Positions 52,631 to 64,000 of a DNA stretch of 64,000 nt are shown here, piece after piece. Below the pieces are notes generated by a model. That model searched no databases. It worked only from the letters and a program-made list of their open reading frames with translations, and was not told where the DNA came from. Location of the stretch: assembly GCF_022539665.2 (NCBI RefSeq), contig NC_081331.1, positions 11,594,001 through 11,658,000 on the forward strand. The letters are read 5' to 3'. Position 1 is the first letter of the stretch. Every line of letters starts with the position of its first letter. The position numbers and the translations under genes were made by a program. Source of the DNA: Daphnia carinata. Its lineage: Eukaryota.

Positions 52631-53207
52631 CTCCAAACCTCGGTATATGTTATTTTTATATATACCGTACAGTAGGGGCATGACCCCCTACGGGCTTATT
52701 ACGAGTCAAGGGGAAACGGGGCTACGGAAAGGAAGGGAGCCCAGATATGCACTTCAATTTTTTAATATCAAATACCGTCTCGGGAATCCGAATGAAGTAT
52801 AGAAATATCATGTCATCCATCCAATCATTACAATTTATTCAGTGTCATGCCCCAACCAAGAATTTTTTCAGATCCAATGTTACTATTAACCTACACTGAG
52901 AAAAGAAAAACAACACCATTAAGCATCTCAATTGTTGCTCATGTGACTTACATGACTCATAGATTCAACTTCTGGCAGAAGCTCGGGAAAGGCCATACAA
53001 ATTGTAGATGAAAATCATTGTATAAGGCTCTTGAAGGATAAAATAACACCCCTAGAATGTTGCATTGTTGATAGTTGTGTTCCCAGTATGCTGAAAATCC
53101 TTTCCTATTGGATAAATTTTTTTTTCTAGAGTAGACATGGTTGGCAAAAAGGAGGAGAAAAGCTTCATCATAAATTCAAAAATTTCTCAAAAAAATTCCT
53201 TTCATAC

Positions 53208-54219
53208 CTAAAGAGTCCATGTATGATGTTCATCGCTGCAATGCCAGTGAAGTGAAACATCTTTAGGGCCATTTAAGTACCCAGCTTCACCAACACTCTG
53301 AGTGTAAAGGACAAGTTGTTCTTTAGCAAGAGAAGCAGAATTATTTGAGGCTTCTAGCTACAACAGAACTATAAAGGATTGCTGTTACACAGGATTCATT
53401 CACACAAGATGGTACTTCTCATTAGACAATTTGCATACTCTATTACTTTACCTCATACCTTAATGGTAATGCACTTTCAGTGTTTTTCAACTGTAGGCTC
53501 ACTCTTCCATCCTGTAACACTTCTAGACTTGACTTGATCCCCCACTAGAATTCTGTGAATGCAAAATAATAGCATTAAAAATACTGTTTCGATAGACAAA
53601 AAACCGAAAAGTACCTAATTCATGTTTTATGTTTAACTCATGCTATTTCTGGGTTTCCGTACCACACCCATTTTTGGCCCAAATACGGTCCCACAATTGT
53701 TCAATTCCTTCCCTGCATGGACTTATTACTAACAATTCTTTTAGTGCAGCACTAACAGAATTTAACTTTAACACACTGTCAGGTGGTAGACTGAATAACT
53801 AAGCAATAAATAATTGTTTGTTAAAATTCTATACTTATTTTGAATTCTTATTTGAAAAGTTTAGGTACCTGACTGTGTTCGCCTAATGCCAATTCATCCT
53901 CATGTTCAGTTAGGGATGAGTTTGGAAAAACCTCCTTCACTGTTTGGAAACTGTTCCATTCCAATTTGTTCTTTTCCCCTAGCTGAGCTTGTAGACTCAA
54001 AATTTGAGCTACAAAACACAAATGAATAAAAGCAAATAAATAGAATCATTACGTATAAGCCCTTACCATCCTTAGCTTTGCTGTTATCTAATATTTTGTG
54101 TTCTTCCAATAATTGGGCCTGCAGCTTCATAATTTGATCTAATAAACAATAATTAATAATTGAAAACCAATATAATAATGTTTATACTTACCATCCTTTT
54201 GTTGTATTATCTTATCCAT
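53208..54219 (-). pseudogene. Right-arm copy of the orphan gene, disrupted
   Basis: ATG 54219 (MDKIIQQKDDQIMKLQAQLLEEHK...), same splice sites for exons 1-4, TGG>TAG stop at 53643-53645, and an indel in exon 5. Confidence 0.6.
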
Positions 54220-54446
54220 TTTTCAATTGTTCCTCCAGCCACGCGTTATTCTCTCCATCCACGTTACTGAACTAACTGCGAATGGCATCCAATGGACTGA
54301 AATTGCCTACGGCAGTAATAACGAGTCTGAGCGGTAGATGGCTACGTGTCGGAAAAAAAGAAAAAAGTGTGATTTTTTTTTTTTTTTTGGCGAAATTTTT
54401 TTTTTTTTTGTGTAAAACGGATTGCCATATAAAACGGATTGCCATA

Positions 54447-54985
54447 AAATAAGCCCGACTTTCCTTATTCTTTCGTTTTTTACATTTAGTTGAAAAACCA
54501 TAAGGCCAATTGGAAAATAAATCTGATTTCCATGATCAGCACTCAATTCTGAATCAGAATAATGTATTTTAAGTGAAATTTAAATTTTGGCCAAAAATGA
54601 AAAAGTGAGAAGGCTATAGCCTTCCTACTTTTGTCAAAATCGGCCAAAAACGACATCTCTTAGAATTCGACAAAAATCATAGGGTATAACCAAAATTGGT
54701 CGCTGATTTCGATTCAGTGATTGGTTTTCTCGTTAAACCAACCGTTACAAAAATAATAGAAAAAAGTGCTGTAAGAGCCCACAAAAATTGCTATTTTTTT
54801 CATTAAATGAATTGGCTTAAAATGAAAAAGAATAAAGGAGACTAAATGAGAAACAAAGTCTATTTTCGTGATTTTAGTTGATTTAGTATCTGAAAACAGA
54901 GCCATTCATTGCTAAAATGACTAAATTAGAGTTTTGGAAAAATACAAAATTGGTGAAAAAGTCGGCCTTATTTTGTCGGGCCTAC
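54447..54985. mobile_element. MITE-like element abutting the palindrome and the GABPA promoter
   Basis: Inverted termini AAATAAGCCCGACTTT (54447-54462) and AAAGTCGGCCTTATTT (54958-54973), one mismatch; interior homologous to 48890-49170; non-coding. Confidence 0.65.
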
Positions 54986-55203
54986 TTTCAACCGAACATG
55001 ATGTTTGCCTAGGGTTTGCGTCGCCGCTAGATAGCGTAGTGGCAGACGAACTTCACGTGTCGTTTTTTACTTGAGAACATATTGTTTTCCACCTATGTTC
55101 ACAGTGAACCTGCAAGAAAGTTAATGTTGTTGTTTTCAGTCAAGTTTTCTCGTTTTTTTAGGTGTTGATATTTCCAAATCATTTCATAATTCCATTGTGT
55201 TAA

Positions 55204-56928
55204 ATGGATGATGTTTTTCTCAGCGAAGTGGACCTAAACGGTCATGAAGAATGGGATACTGTGGCTGGCAGTAATGTCACATATATGCCCAACAATTCAG
55301 AAAATGAAATAGATATTCTTGCTATACAAGTGGACATTGCATCGCCTTTGTCAACTCTAAAAGCAATTCTCGGACAAAGACTTGGTGCTGATTTCTCACA
55401 TTGTGAGCTTTGGTTACAAGATGTTGTGCAGGTTTGATTAAAAAATGGTTCTGTTGCTCCCATTGGTAATTTAAATCTAACTTTATGCTGTAGCTCACTG
55501 ATGAGACAACCCTCTCTGAACAGTGTATTCAGGGAGAAGGACTTGTGCAAGTCAACGTGGAATTGAAATCAGTTCAGAATATTGATAGAATCAATATCAT
55601 TGATGTACTAAAACCACAGCAAGAGGAGGAGACAGTCCTTGATGAACAGGTTACTATGGAAAACTCGAAAGAACAACAAGAAAGTGACCTTACCCAGGTA
55701 TCTGCTGTTACCGAAGATGTCACTAGTATTGCTTTGGACACAGCCTATGAAGGTTCTCGTTTTCCATCTCCAAATACTGGAATGCAAGCAACAACTACCA
55801 TAGGTGCTCAGCATTTGGTTCCTAGTCCTTTAGCTGCACAAATCAAACAACCATATGGCAATAGAATGTCATGTAAAATGCCTACTAGCCACAGTGAAAA
55901 TATAACTAGATGGGTAATGGATGGAAACTTCAGAAAAGAGCAAGAAAGACTAAAAATTCCTCTTGGTATTTTCAAATATGCAGCTTAGGAAAGTTTAAGT
56001 ATTTCATTTTAGTCCATTTTTTTTTGTCATAGATCCTATTTTGTGGTCGAAAGCCCATATTCAACATTGGATACGGTGGGCAATAAATCAGTTTAATCTC
56101 AAGGGTGTCAATCCCTCTCAGTGGGCCTTTGTTGATGGACCCTCATTGTGCAACATGACTCATACAGAGTTTATCCAGAGAATACCGAAGAATCCATTAT
56201 CCAAAGATCCAAATCATGATTTATTCTGGACGCATCTCGAATTGCTGCGAAAATGCAAATTTGTTGGTACGAATTCAAAATATATGTTTATTGCTATGGT
56301 ATTTATTAAAACATATCGTGTAGGTGTTATTCAAAAGCCAGTGCCTTACCTTCAATATATCACCACCCCTTTGTCGGTTAAGTCGGATACTTCCAGACTG
56401 CCACGACCAGCCGTCAAAGTCGCGACTCCTACAAAAAGGATTCCATTAGAATCGTTTTCGTCTCGTTCATTCTCTATAGCCACCACAGGAAGTCGAACTG
56501 GTATTTCAAATAGAAAATGGAGTCTCTATTTAAAAAGTTTGACAAATGAATTTCGTCTTCTAGGAAGTAATGGCCAAGTACAACTCTGGCAATTTCTACT
56601 TGAGTTGTTAACGGATGTGAATTTTCGGGATGCGATCTCTTGGCTTGGCACGGGAGGTGAGTTCAAATTAAATAACCCAGAGATGGTTGCCCAGCTTTGG
56701 GGTGAACGGAAAAACAAACCACACATGAACTACGAAAAACTGAGCCGAGCCCTGAGGTATTATTATGATGGAGACATGATTTGCAAAGTGAGCGGAAAAC
56801 GTTTTGTGTATAAATTTGTCTGTGACCTAAAACAGTTGTTGGGTTATTCGGCCGACGAACTCAACAAGCTCGTTATGGAGTGCGAACAGCGATCTAAATT
56901 GGGCCGGTCCAATGCGCCATACGTGTAA
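55204..56928 (+). CDS. GABPA: GA-binding protein alpha / Ets97D (D-elg) ETS transcription factor
   Basis: GABPA N-terminal domain ([32 protein letters not shown]), Pointed domain ([21 protein letters not shown]), ETS domain ([38 protein letters not shown]). Confidence 0.95.
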
Positions 56929-57081
56929 ATACAGAGCATTTTTTTTTCTCGATTATGACGAAATGTTCTTTTCCTTTGTTGAGTTACCATTTTTTGGGTT
57001 ACGAGACTGTACGAAAAATGGTTTTACGGCCTCCTATACCTTTTATAACCCAATATTAGTAACATTCTTTATACTATGATT

Positions 57082-58351
57082 TTACATAACAACACAACTT
57101 TCGGCACCGGGGCCCATTGATTGAGCAAAATCCGCGCCACCAAAGGGATTTGGTAGCAGTTCAGCCTCGCCAGCTAATTCCTAGAAATTCAAATTATCCA
57201 TTAATATGTTGCTGAGTATCCTCCTAATATCCCCCGCTCAACTTTTGTCTACACAGTGCAAACTCACCTTAGGGGGATGGCCGCATTCTTGCATTTGTTG
57301 CATCAACGATAATATCTTTTCGAAACGACTATTTTTTACCGTTGCATCATCGGTGTCATTTTCGTTTTCGAACTCGGTGCACACTTGTTGCATAATGGCA
57401 AATTGGCGATTGTATTTCTCAAACTGCGTAGGTTCTAGTTTCGGTCGATTATCTGCGAGCCAATCTGGGTACTGAAAAAATCAAATGGAAAAAAGTATGG
57501 GAAAAAATGTTAAATAAATATATATGTAGATTGAAGCTGACTTGTCTCTCTGACCTCCAAGGTAACTCACTTTATTGACAATTTCTTTTATGGATGGGTA
57601 AAGCAATTCCTTTGACAATAAGCTTTGAAGCATTCCCTGCATAGCAGGAAGAATATCACCCAAACTCCCCATATCCCCACTTGCCCCATCTCCAAATCCT
57701 CCATCTGGCCCAAATGTCATTTTCTCCAGCATTTTAGCTAGTGTTGCTTCATCTGCTTCTGTCTATGAAAGAAAATGAACAGCTGAAACAATATTAAAAT
57801 CCTTTAACTGATTGTACTGTAGAGTTTTACCTGGAGAGATTCAGTTCCTTCTGCTAGGTGGCGAAGAGTATCAGCAAACGATGCTCCTTGGTCAGGTTGT
57901 CTTTCAAACACTTTGGCTGCTGCTTCTTGTGATACCTTCAGTAAGCTTTCAGCAAACTGTGAATCACCACTGTTTCCCGAAGCTGTTTCTGCCATCATCA
58001 AACGAATGTTTTTCTCAAATTCCAAGCTCGCTTCCTGTATAAACTCTTCTGACCACACAACTTCTTCTACCGGTGCTGCCGGTGCAGCTGTTTCAGATTT
58101 AGTGTCATCTTTTAACTTTGGAACTTGTAGTGGTTTGTCGAATTCTTCCAGGGCATCTGTTTAATAAATTTAATCTTAAAGTATCCTTAACAAATATCTT
58201 TGTAAAGAATAAAATTTAAAATTATGTGAAAGGAAGTAGCCCTACCATCAAGTAATGCATCTAATTCTTCGTCTTCCCCTTTAGATTCGTCCTTCGAATC
58301 TAAAGATGTCTCGTCAACAGTTTTCGGGTCATTGGAACTTGCATCACTCAT
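57082..58351 (-). CDS. PEX19: Peroxisomal biogenesis factor 19
   Basis: DEELDALLDDALEEF N-terminus, MLQSLLSKELLYPSIKE, YPDWL, MQECGHPP and C-terminal CaaX CVVM*. Confidence 0.95.
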
Positions 58352-59892
58352 GGTAATAAATCTAAATATAACTGATCAAACGACAGTTTTGCTTATGGTG
58401 ACCCGGGTCTGGAAGACAAACAGCTCACTTCTAAACTTAAGTAGATTTTGTGGAAATTAATATACAAAAACGGATTCCGAAGACAACTTACTCATCCGGC
58501 AAATGTAGCAAGACAAGACGGCAATGTCCCTCAAATAACAATGCGGAGTTGCCAATAACTATTCATTGCCATTGTTTTACCTTGACTACGGCTCATTCTG
58601 TCACGGGCCAACGGCCGTCAGCGTCAACTCGTCAGGTAATCTGGGAGACTGAGGCTGAGATGTAGACTTCTACATCGAAGTCCCTGTTTGAGACTGAAAG
58701 ATAAGGGGATAGGAAAATGAAGGGGCGTATGAAAATTCTATTGCTGTGTGTTTTACTTTAGCCTATAGCCATAAACAAGGAGATTTAAAAAAAGTCAGTG
58801 AGTCGCTTTAAATAGGGTACGACCAAATAACTTTATCCGGTTTTACTCAATTAAGTGGTAAACATGTAAGAGAAGGGAACATAGCTGAAAAAAAAAAATC
58901 AAGCAACATCTATTTGCTACTCTTTCCGACCTGTTAATTGCCATGAATTGGAATGATTGGTATCGATATAGGGCCCAACCTGCAACCTGAAAAAAAGAGT
59001 GATTTCTCACCGTATCTGCCGTAACAGAAAAAATTATCATTGTCTTGTATGTTTATTTGGTACAATTTTTCTTCAAGTTCTCTCTGAGGAATACGACAGA
59101 CAATTTTGCGTATTGTTGATTCTGACAGGTAGCCCAAGTCATAAAAAAAATGCATACAAACACCATAACAAGATGTTAAATTCAAAGTGTCGCGCCCATC
59201 TTCACGGTTTTATTCTTTGCTACTGGCAGACAACGCTTGCAATCTTCTCGTATTATTATTTTTTTTTTTTACAATTACAAGACCACAGCTCTTAGCTCTA
59301 ACTGATTAATAATCTTTCTGTGATAAGGTAACGAAACGCATATTTAGAATTAAATTTTTTATAGCAAAAAACATAGTGGTATTGAATTTCGCAGTGGAGC
59401 TCAGCACGGGGGCCATGCGCTGTGTTCGATAGACTTTTTAAAGGCACGTTTCAAATGGACTTACGAAATACAAATGTTGATTAAACGATCAATTCATCGC
59501 ACCTAAAACGTTTGGAAACATGCAAGTAGTCGACATTTACCACCATGGAAGGCTACCTTCACGTATAAAACCGAAAGCACAAAGAAAGCGCTTTAGTTTT
59601 CACAACGGAGCGGAAAATAAAACTGGGAAAGAAATCGCTTTGATTGTTTGAGGTAAATCCCTCGATCAATCACTTCAATCGGCATTACACGGTTATGAGT
59701 TTCTACCACAGTGATTTTTGTAATCCTGCAACAATTTTCTGTATCTTTTTAATGGAATCAATGGGTATTGCCAATGGTTATATGAAATGGAGCATAGAAA
59801 CTCTAGGAAGGTACTTATATTGAGAGATAATGGAGTAGTTTGATGAATGGTTTTGCTTGTAAACACTTGCTGGGTATTTCAAACTGTACACG

Positions 59893-62800
59893 CTACGATG
59901 TTGGATTGCCGCGACCGAAACCATCAGGGCCATCTAAATCTGCACTCGTCAACATTCCGGAGAATGTTAGGACAGGTAACTCGGGAGCAATGTTGCTGGT
60001 GCTCATAGATTCGTTGCGATCTCCGTCCTTTTGATCATTCGAGTCGCCGTCATGCAATGATAAGTTGGATAGCAAATGAGAATCAATCAGCTGAATGTTA
60101 CAGTCGCTAAGAGGTAGATTGATTGCTCGAAATTCGTTCTGCTCGTTTGCCTGTTGTGGCTGCTGATGCGGGTATTGCATATTTAAGCTGTCGAGATCTG
60201 TGATATTAACGGTTCGCATCTGATTCATGTAGTCCTCAGCAGCTCCGTGATTTGGAGAATGCACGGGAATATTGTAATGAGGAGATGTTGGAAATCGGTA
60301 TTCGTAGTTATGGTAGGGTGGATTTGGAGACGCCGTGGGACTGGGATTCCCCGTTCCAAAAGACAAGTTTGGGATGTTAAGTGTAAACTGTTGGTTGTAG
60401 TTTGGTTCGAATGAATAACCTTGACCATCTGCCTGACTTTCCGTCGGAGTAGGATCTAAGGGAAACAGATAAAGATATAAAATTGTATCAAAAACAAAGC
60501 TTTGAATAGACGAATTACCAGCGGGTTCTCTTTTCACTGACGTCCGGGTAATTTGTTTGATTGGTCGTGGAATAGCACCTCCGGCCTCCTTTCGTAACGA
60601 CTCCACCGTGATGTTGGGGCTATAACCTCGAAGATTGCCCGGTTCGTGGGCTGGAGTCAAAAGTAAGTATCAAAATTAAAAGAATTCAATAAATGGTAAC
60701 GAAAGTCAAAGCCCCAGCCAAGCACGGGAAGTCTGAAACTGACGTAGCAGTGAGGAAGGAAAAGGTTTTCATGGTACAAACACCACATACAAGACTACAG
60801 ATAATCTAGTGAGCAATACCGTCTTTGAAGTGCAATTTATTTAAAATATTTGGATATGACTATTTGCCAAACCGTGAATGTTACCCGTTGTATTAGTTCC
60901 AAAACACCGAAAGAGTTAATACAAGATGAAGGTATCCTGATTTGGAAGACTAGATCAATGATTAAAAGGCACTCGATATTTTCATATCACTAGGCAATGA
61001 AAATGACTGGGTTTGCCGCGGAGGACAAAAACTGCACACCCACAAACAGCCAAGCGCAAGTGGGAAAACGAGGATGTGACAGAGGGTAGAAATTTGGTAA
61101 GTGCACAAAATGGTGTACAGAACCCGAAAGTCCTAGAGCGTTCACCGAAAAGCAAGAGAAAGAAAGATAGGACCCACACCAAGTGGATCTTAAATTGACA
61201 GGACCCTAAGTGAAAATAAATTATCCAAGCGACAACACTTTTGCGCAGAAGAAGACGAGTATGGGCACCCAGAATGACAAGGAGACAATTCTAGATTTCT
61301 GGTGCTTTGCTTGATAAAAAAGAAAGAAAAAAAAAGGCTAAAATAAATTAGAATTAACTCACTTTCTAAAACATTGTCGAGGATGAAGTCCTTTAAGCGA
61401 CTGGCGTTTGATTCGAATAAGCGCTGTCGCTTCCGCTTAAGCATCTCGGCATCTGATGCGAGGCCAATAAGAATATAATGTGAGATACAATGTTGACAGT
61501 ACAGGGAGTTAAATGACACTGCAATTGAAGATTTCTAATACACGAAGCCGTTGACTAGACATAAAACTAACTGAGTGAGTTAAGGTAACATCTTAAAACT
61601 ATAAGAAAAGGGGTAATAATAAAGTTGCCTGCTATTCAAACCACGATGGCTGCACTTTAGCTTTGTCTGCCATCCATTCAACAGGTAAATTAAGGCACGT
61701 CTAAGGTAGCTTCGAATAATCGTATTCGATTGCGAAAAAAAGATCATCGGAAAGACGTAAAAAGTGATTACTTCCCGCCTTGCATTGGCATGCCGTCTCG
61801 TGTAGGCAGTTCTGCGTAAAGCATCGAAAGAGTTTCATTGTCGTCGAATTCGGAAGCTGTGGCTAGCGGAGCCAGTGTCATGTATAACGCGTAGTTTTCT
61901 GCTTCTGTCAGATTATCCGATGTATCGACATTTTCTGTAACAACAGTCGGATCCTTTGCTTGAATCGCTTGCGGCTCAATGGGCTCTTGTTCATCGTGGG
62001 TTTCGACTTCATTTTCAACTGGCGGGGACTCGGGATTAGAATTTAATTCGTCAAATTGTTGAACATCTTTATGGGCATCCTTTACGTTCTCCTGGCTATT
62101 ATAAATAGATCTTTGACTAGAATGGATCGAGGTCGAACTGTTGAGCGATACTTCACTTTTTGACATTGGTTTGGCTTTTTTAAACGTGTGCTTGAGCGCC
62201 TGCAACGCGCTCTTGAGACCCAAGTCTCTCGTAGGAGGATCGGGTAAAGGCTGATTAAGTTTTTTAAAGCGACGCGGCGGTAAAGGAGGTGTCGACATTG
62301 TTTTCGATTCAACTCGTGGTGGTACGGCTGGTAATGGGGTCTCAAGTTTCAAAATAGGATCGTCTGAAGGATCATCATATACTAGGTCATTAAAAATAGC
62401 TTCTGAGGGAGGATCAACTTGTTGGGGACGAAGTGGCCAGCCAAAAAAGGGATGTTTCATAGCCATCTGAAAGCTAGAGTAAGTTTGGCAATCGGGGTCA
62501 ACACTCATCGATTCCAGCATCTCCAACTGCTGCTCAATGGTATTAATACTGTCCTCGGATTTCGATTCACGGATAACGGTTTGATCAGAGGCGATTGAAA
62601 TATCAGACGCATCAGATATTTGTGATAGACGATCGTTTAGCGTATGACTAGAAGATATCAAAGAAAGTGAATCATTAAGATCTACTTCTGATTCTCCTGT
62701 AATACTCCGAACGTCCGTCAAGTCTGAATAATCTGAAAATGCTGCTGAAAGGCGCGAATTAAGATCTTCTGACGACGCTACAGAAAGGCGTCCATCAGAT

Positions 62801-63974
62801 TCGAATTCCGACGTGACAGTGGACACGGAAGAACGATCAAAGTTAACAACCTTCCCACAACCTTTTTGAGATTTTGGTTTCGAAAAATCATGGTTTTCAC
62901 CCGATTTTATAAGATTGCTTTTCAACTTGGCAAACCCAGCTCCTTTTTCAGGCAAAGGGGGCGGGGCATTGTTCACGCCTGATAATGATTCTTGCTTTTG
63001 CTCCTGTGAGTCCAGCGAGGCTGAGTCCACAGAAGTTTCCAATTGTTTCTGGCCTATTTCCTCGACATTCGATTTTGACTGCGATTCCTTTTCTTTCTCC
63101 TCATTCTTTGGTTCTTGCTCTATAAGTAATTCGCATTGGACAGAGGCATTTGAATATTGGCGGGATTCGCCGGGCGCACGGAACATTTGACGAGCCAGTA
63201 CGGCTGCGTCCAGGGCCAAAATATGAGTATACAATGGGAAATCAGGCTTGAATCTCTTGCTTGCGAAGAGAGCGCTGTTATCGAAAGAGCTGTCAACGGC
63301 AACAACGCTACCTGAATCCAAAGGCAAGTATTCGAAGCGTCGCGCCTCGCTGCACGCTCCATCGCTTGGTCTGCGTAATTGAACGTAAACGCTAACGGGC
63401 TCTTCCACCTACCATGAAGATACAGATAAGAGGTGTAATAGGCATAATATCCTTTCAACAACCTACATCAGTAACTCTGTAGCGTGGAGTTCGAAAAGTG
63501 ATGGCAACTTGTTTGTGGACATCAGATGCGGAAAAATCGCCTTGGCCTTCCCATAAAACACGTCCTTCCTCTTCGTGGTAAAACAGTATTTGAATATCAT
63601 CTATACACAATGGAGAAGCCTTTTTTAAACGCACGGCAGGCCAATGGACAGCTGTGTAGAGTTAAATACCCTTGGTCACCTTGTCGCACAATAGAATAAT
63701 TTCCTTGCCTCCGCTCACCGGACTAGAACAGTCACTCAGTTTGCATATTGTTAACTCGCACATAGCCTCTAAAATAACCAATATGGGAAGCATTAAAATT
63801 TATTAGAATTATTATAATTTTAAATAAGAATACTTTTGTCATATATTGCTTCCGAGACTACCGGTTTAAGGGCAAGAGTAAATTTTCCTTTTTGACCTTC
63901 AAGAAATACTTGGAAGCATAACCGAACTGCATTTAAATCAATGCTCTGTGGTTGATTTTTATGTGCAAATCCAG
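59893..63974 (-). CDS. dl: Dorsal/Rel NF-kB, 3' portion, isoform A (5' exons outside the window)
   Basis: RHD/IPT ([50 protein letters not shown]); splice 63312>61452 gives NLS KRKRQR, then exons 60650-60519 and 60455-59893. Confidence 0.92.
61768..63408 (-). CDS. dl: Dorsal isoform B alternative terminal exon (read-through of the donor at 63311)
   Basis: 546-codon open frame continuing past [14 protein letters not shown] and PPLPPRR motifs; ends [24 protein letters not shown]. Confidence 0.85.
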   Translation of the reverse strand: MEEPVSVYVQLRRPSDGACSEARRFEYLPLDSGSVVAVDSSFDNSALFASKRFKPDFPLYTHILALDAAVLARQMFRAPGESRQYSNASVQCELLIEQEPKNEEKEKESQSKSNVEEIGQKQLETSVDSASLDSQEQKQESLSGVNNAPPPLPEKGAGFAKLKSNLIKSGENHDFSKPKSQKGCGKVVNFDRSSVSTVTSEFESDGRLSVASSEDLNSRLSAAFSDYSDLTDVRSITGESEVDLNDSLSLISSSHTLNDRLSQISDASDISIASDQTVIRESKSEDSINTIEQQLEMLESMSVDPDCQTYSSFQMAMKHPFFGWPLRPQQVDPPSEAIFNDLVYDDPSDDPILKLETPLPAVPPRVESKTMSTPPLPPRRFKKLNQPLPDPPTRDLGLKSALQALKHTFKKAKPMSKSEVSLNSSTSIHSSQRSIYNSQENVKDAHKDVQQFDELNSNPESPPVENEVETHDEQEPIEPQAIQAKDPTVVTENVDTSDNLTEAENYALYMTLAPLATASEFDDNETLSMLYAELPTRDGMPMQGGK

Positions 63975-64000
63975 CTAAAATGGAAATTAAAGAAATATAA

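Larger units (their letters stand above)
49395..54446. mobile_element. ~5 kb palindromic (foldback-like) element: ~2.4 kb inverted arms and ~285 bp spacer
   Basis: 49394-51815 is the reverse complement of 52100-54430 with scattered substitutions and indels; AAATAA flanks both ends (49389-49394, 54447-54452). No transposase recognised, so mobility is inferred. Confidence 0.7.

Noticed and set aside
49395..54446. Palindrome as an assembly or chimeric-read artefact
   Set aside because: Arms differ by many substitutions and indels and enclose a unique spacer; artefactual foldbacks would be near-identical.
58181..58190. GTATCCTT U12-type donor-like motif (similar motifs at ~46386 and ~63448)
   Set aside because: On the non-coding strand of the overlapping genes or intergenic; not at exon boundaries.
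19794..63408. Functional clustering of Neto with dorsal-B, or of GABPA with CYC1/NDUFS6
   Set aside because: Thematic links only; no sequence evidence of co-regulation, and chance adjacency is likely in a gene-dense genome.
1..64000. CRISPR arrays, rRNA genes, autonomous transposase or reverse-transcriptase ORFs
   Set aside because: None seen; most short ORFs in the supplied track are exon fragments running into introns or antisense noise.

Overview
Gene-dense, AT-rich eukaryotic DNA with mostly 55-75 nt GT-AG introns. Gene content and architecture suggest a branchiopod crustacean, probably Daphnia (inference, not verified). Recognisable genes in order: LARP7, two tandem mitochondrial-clan cytochrome P450s, Neto, a Tdrd7/tapas-like LOTUS-Tudor gene, NDUFS6, NOL10, cytochrome c1, Lsm14/trailer hitch, two tandem Cu/Zn SODs, an l(3)mbn-like cuticle protein, a secreted Gly-rich protein, GABPA/Ets97D, PEX19 and the 3' part of dorsal (NF-kB) with A and B isoforms. 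The most unusual structure is a ~5 kb diverged palindrome (49395-54446) embedded in modular MITE-like repeats. Each arm carries an inward-facing spliced orphan gene, an inward-facing ~220 nt structured TATA...TTTT unit and an outward-facing tRNA-derived A/B-box head; a third tRNA-like unit lies in the spacer. Also notable: a structured, T5-terminated ~240 nt ncRNA candidate just behind LARP7, and a 70 bp direct-repeat-flanked insertion in one P450 that looks like a nascent intron or a null allele. All alignments, folds and identity estimates were made by eye.
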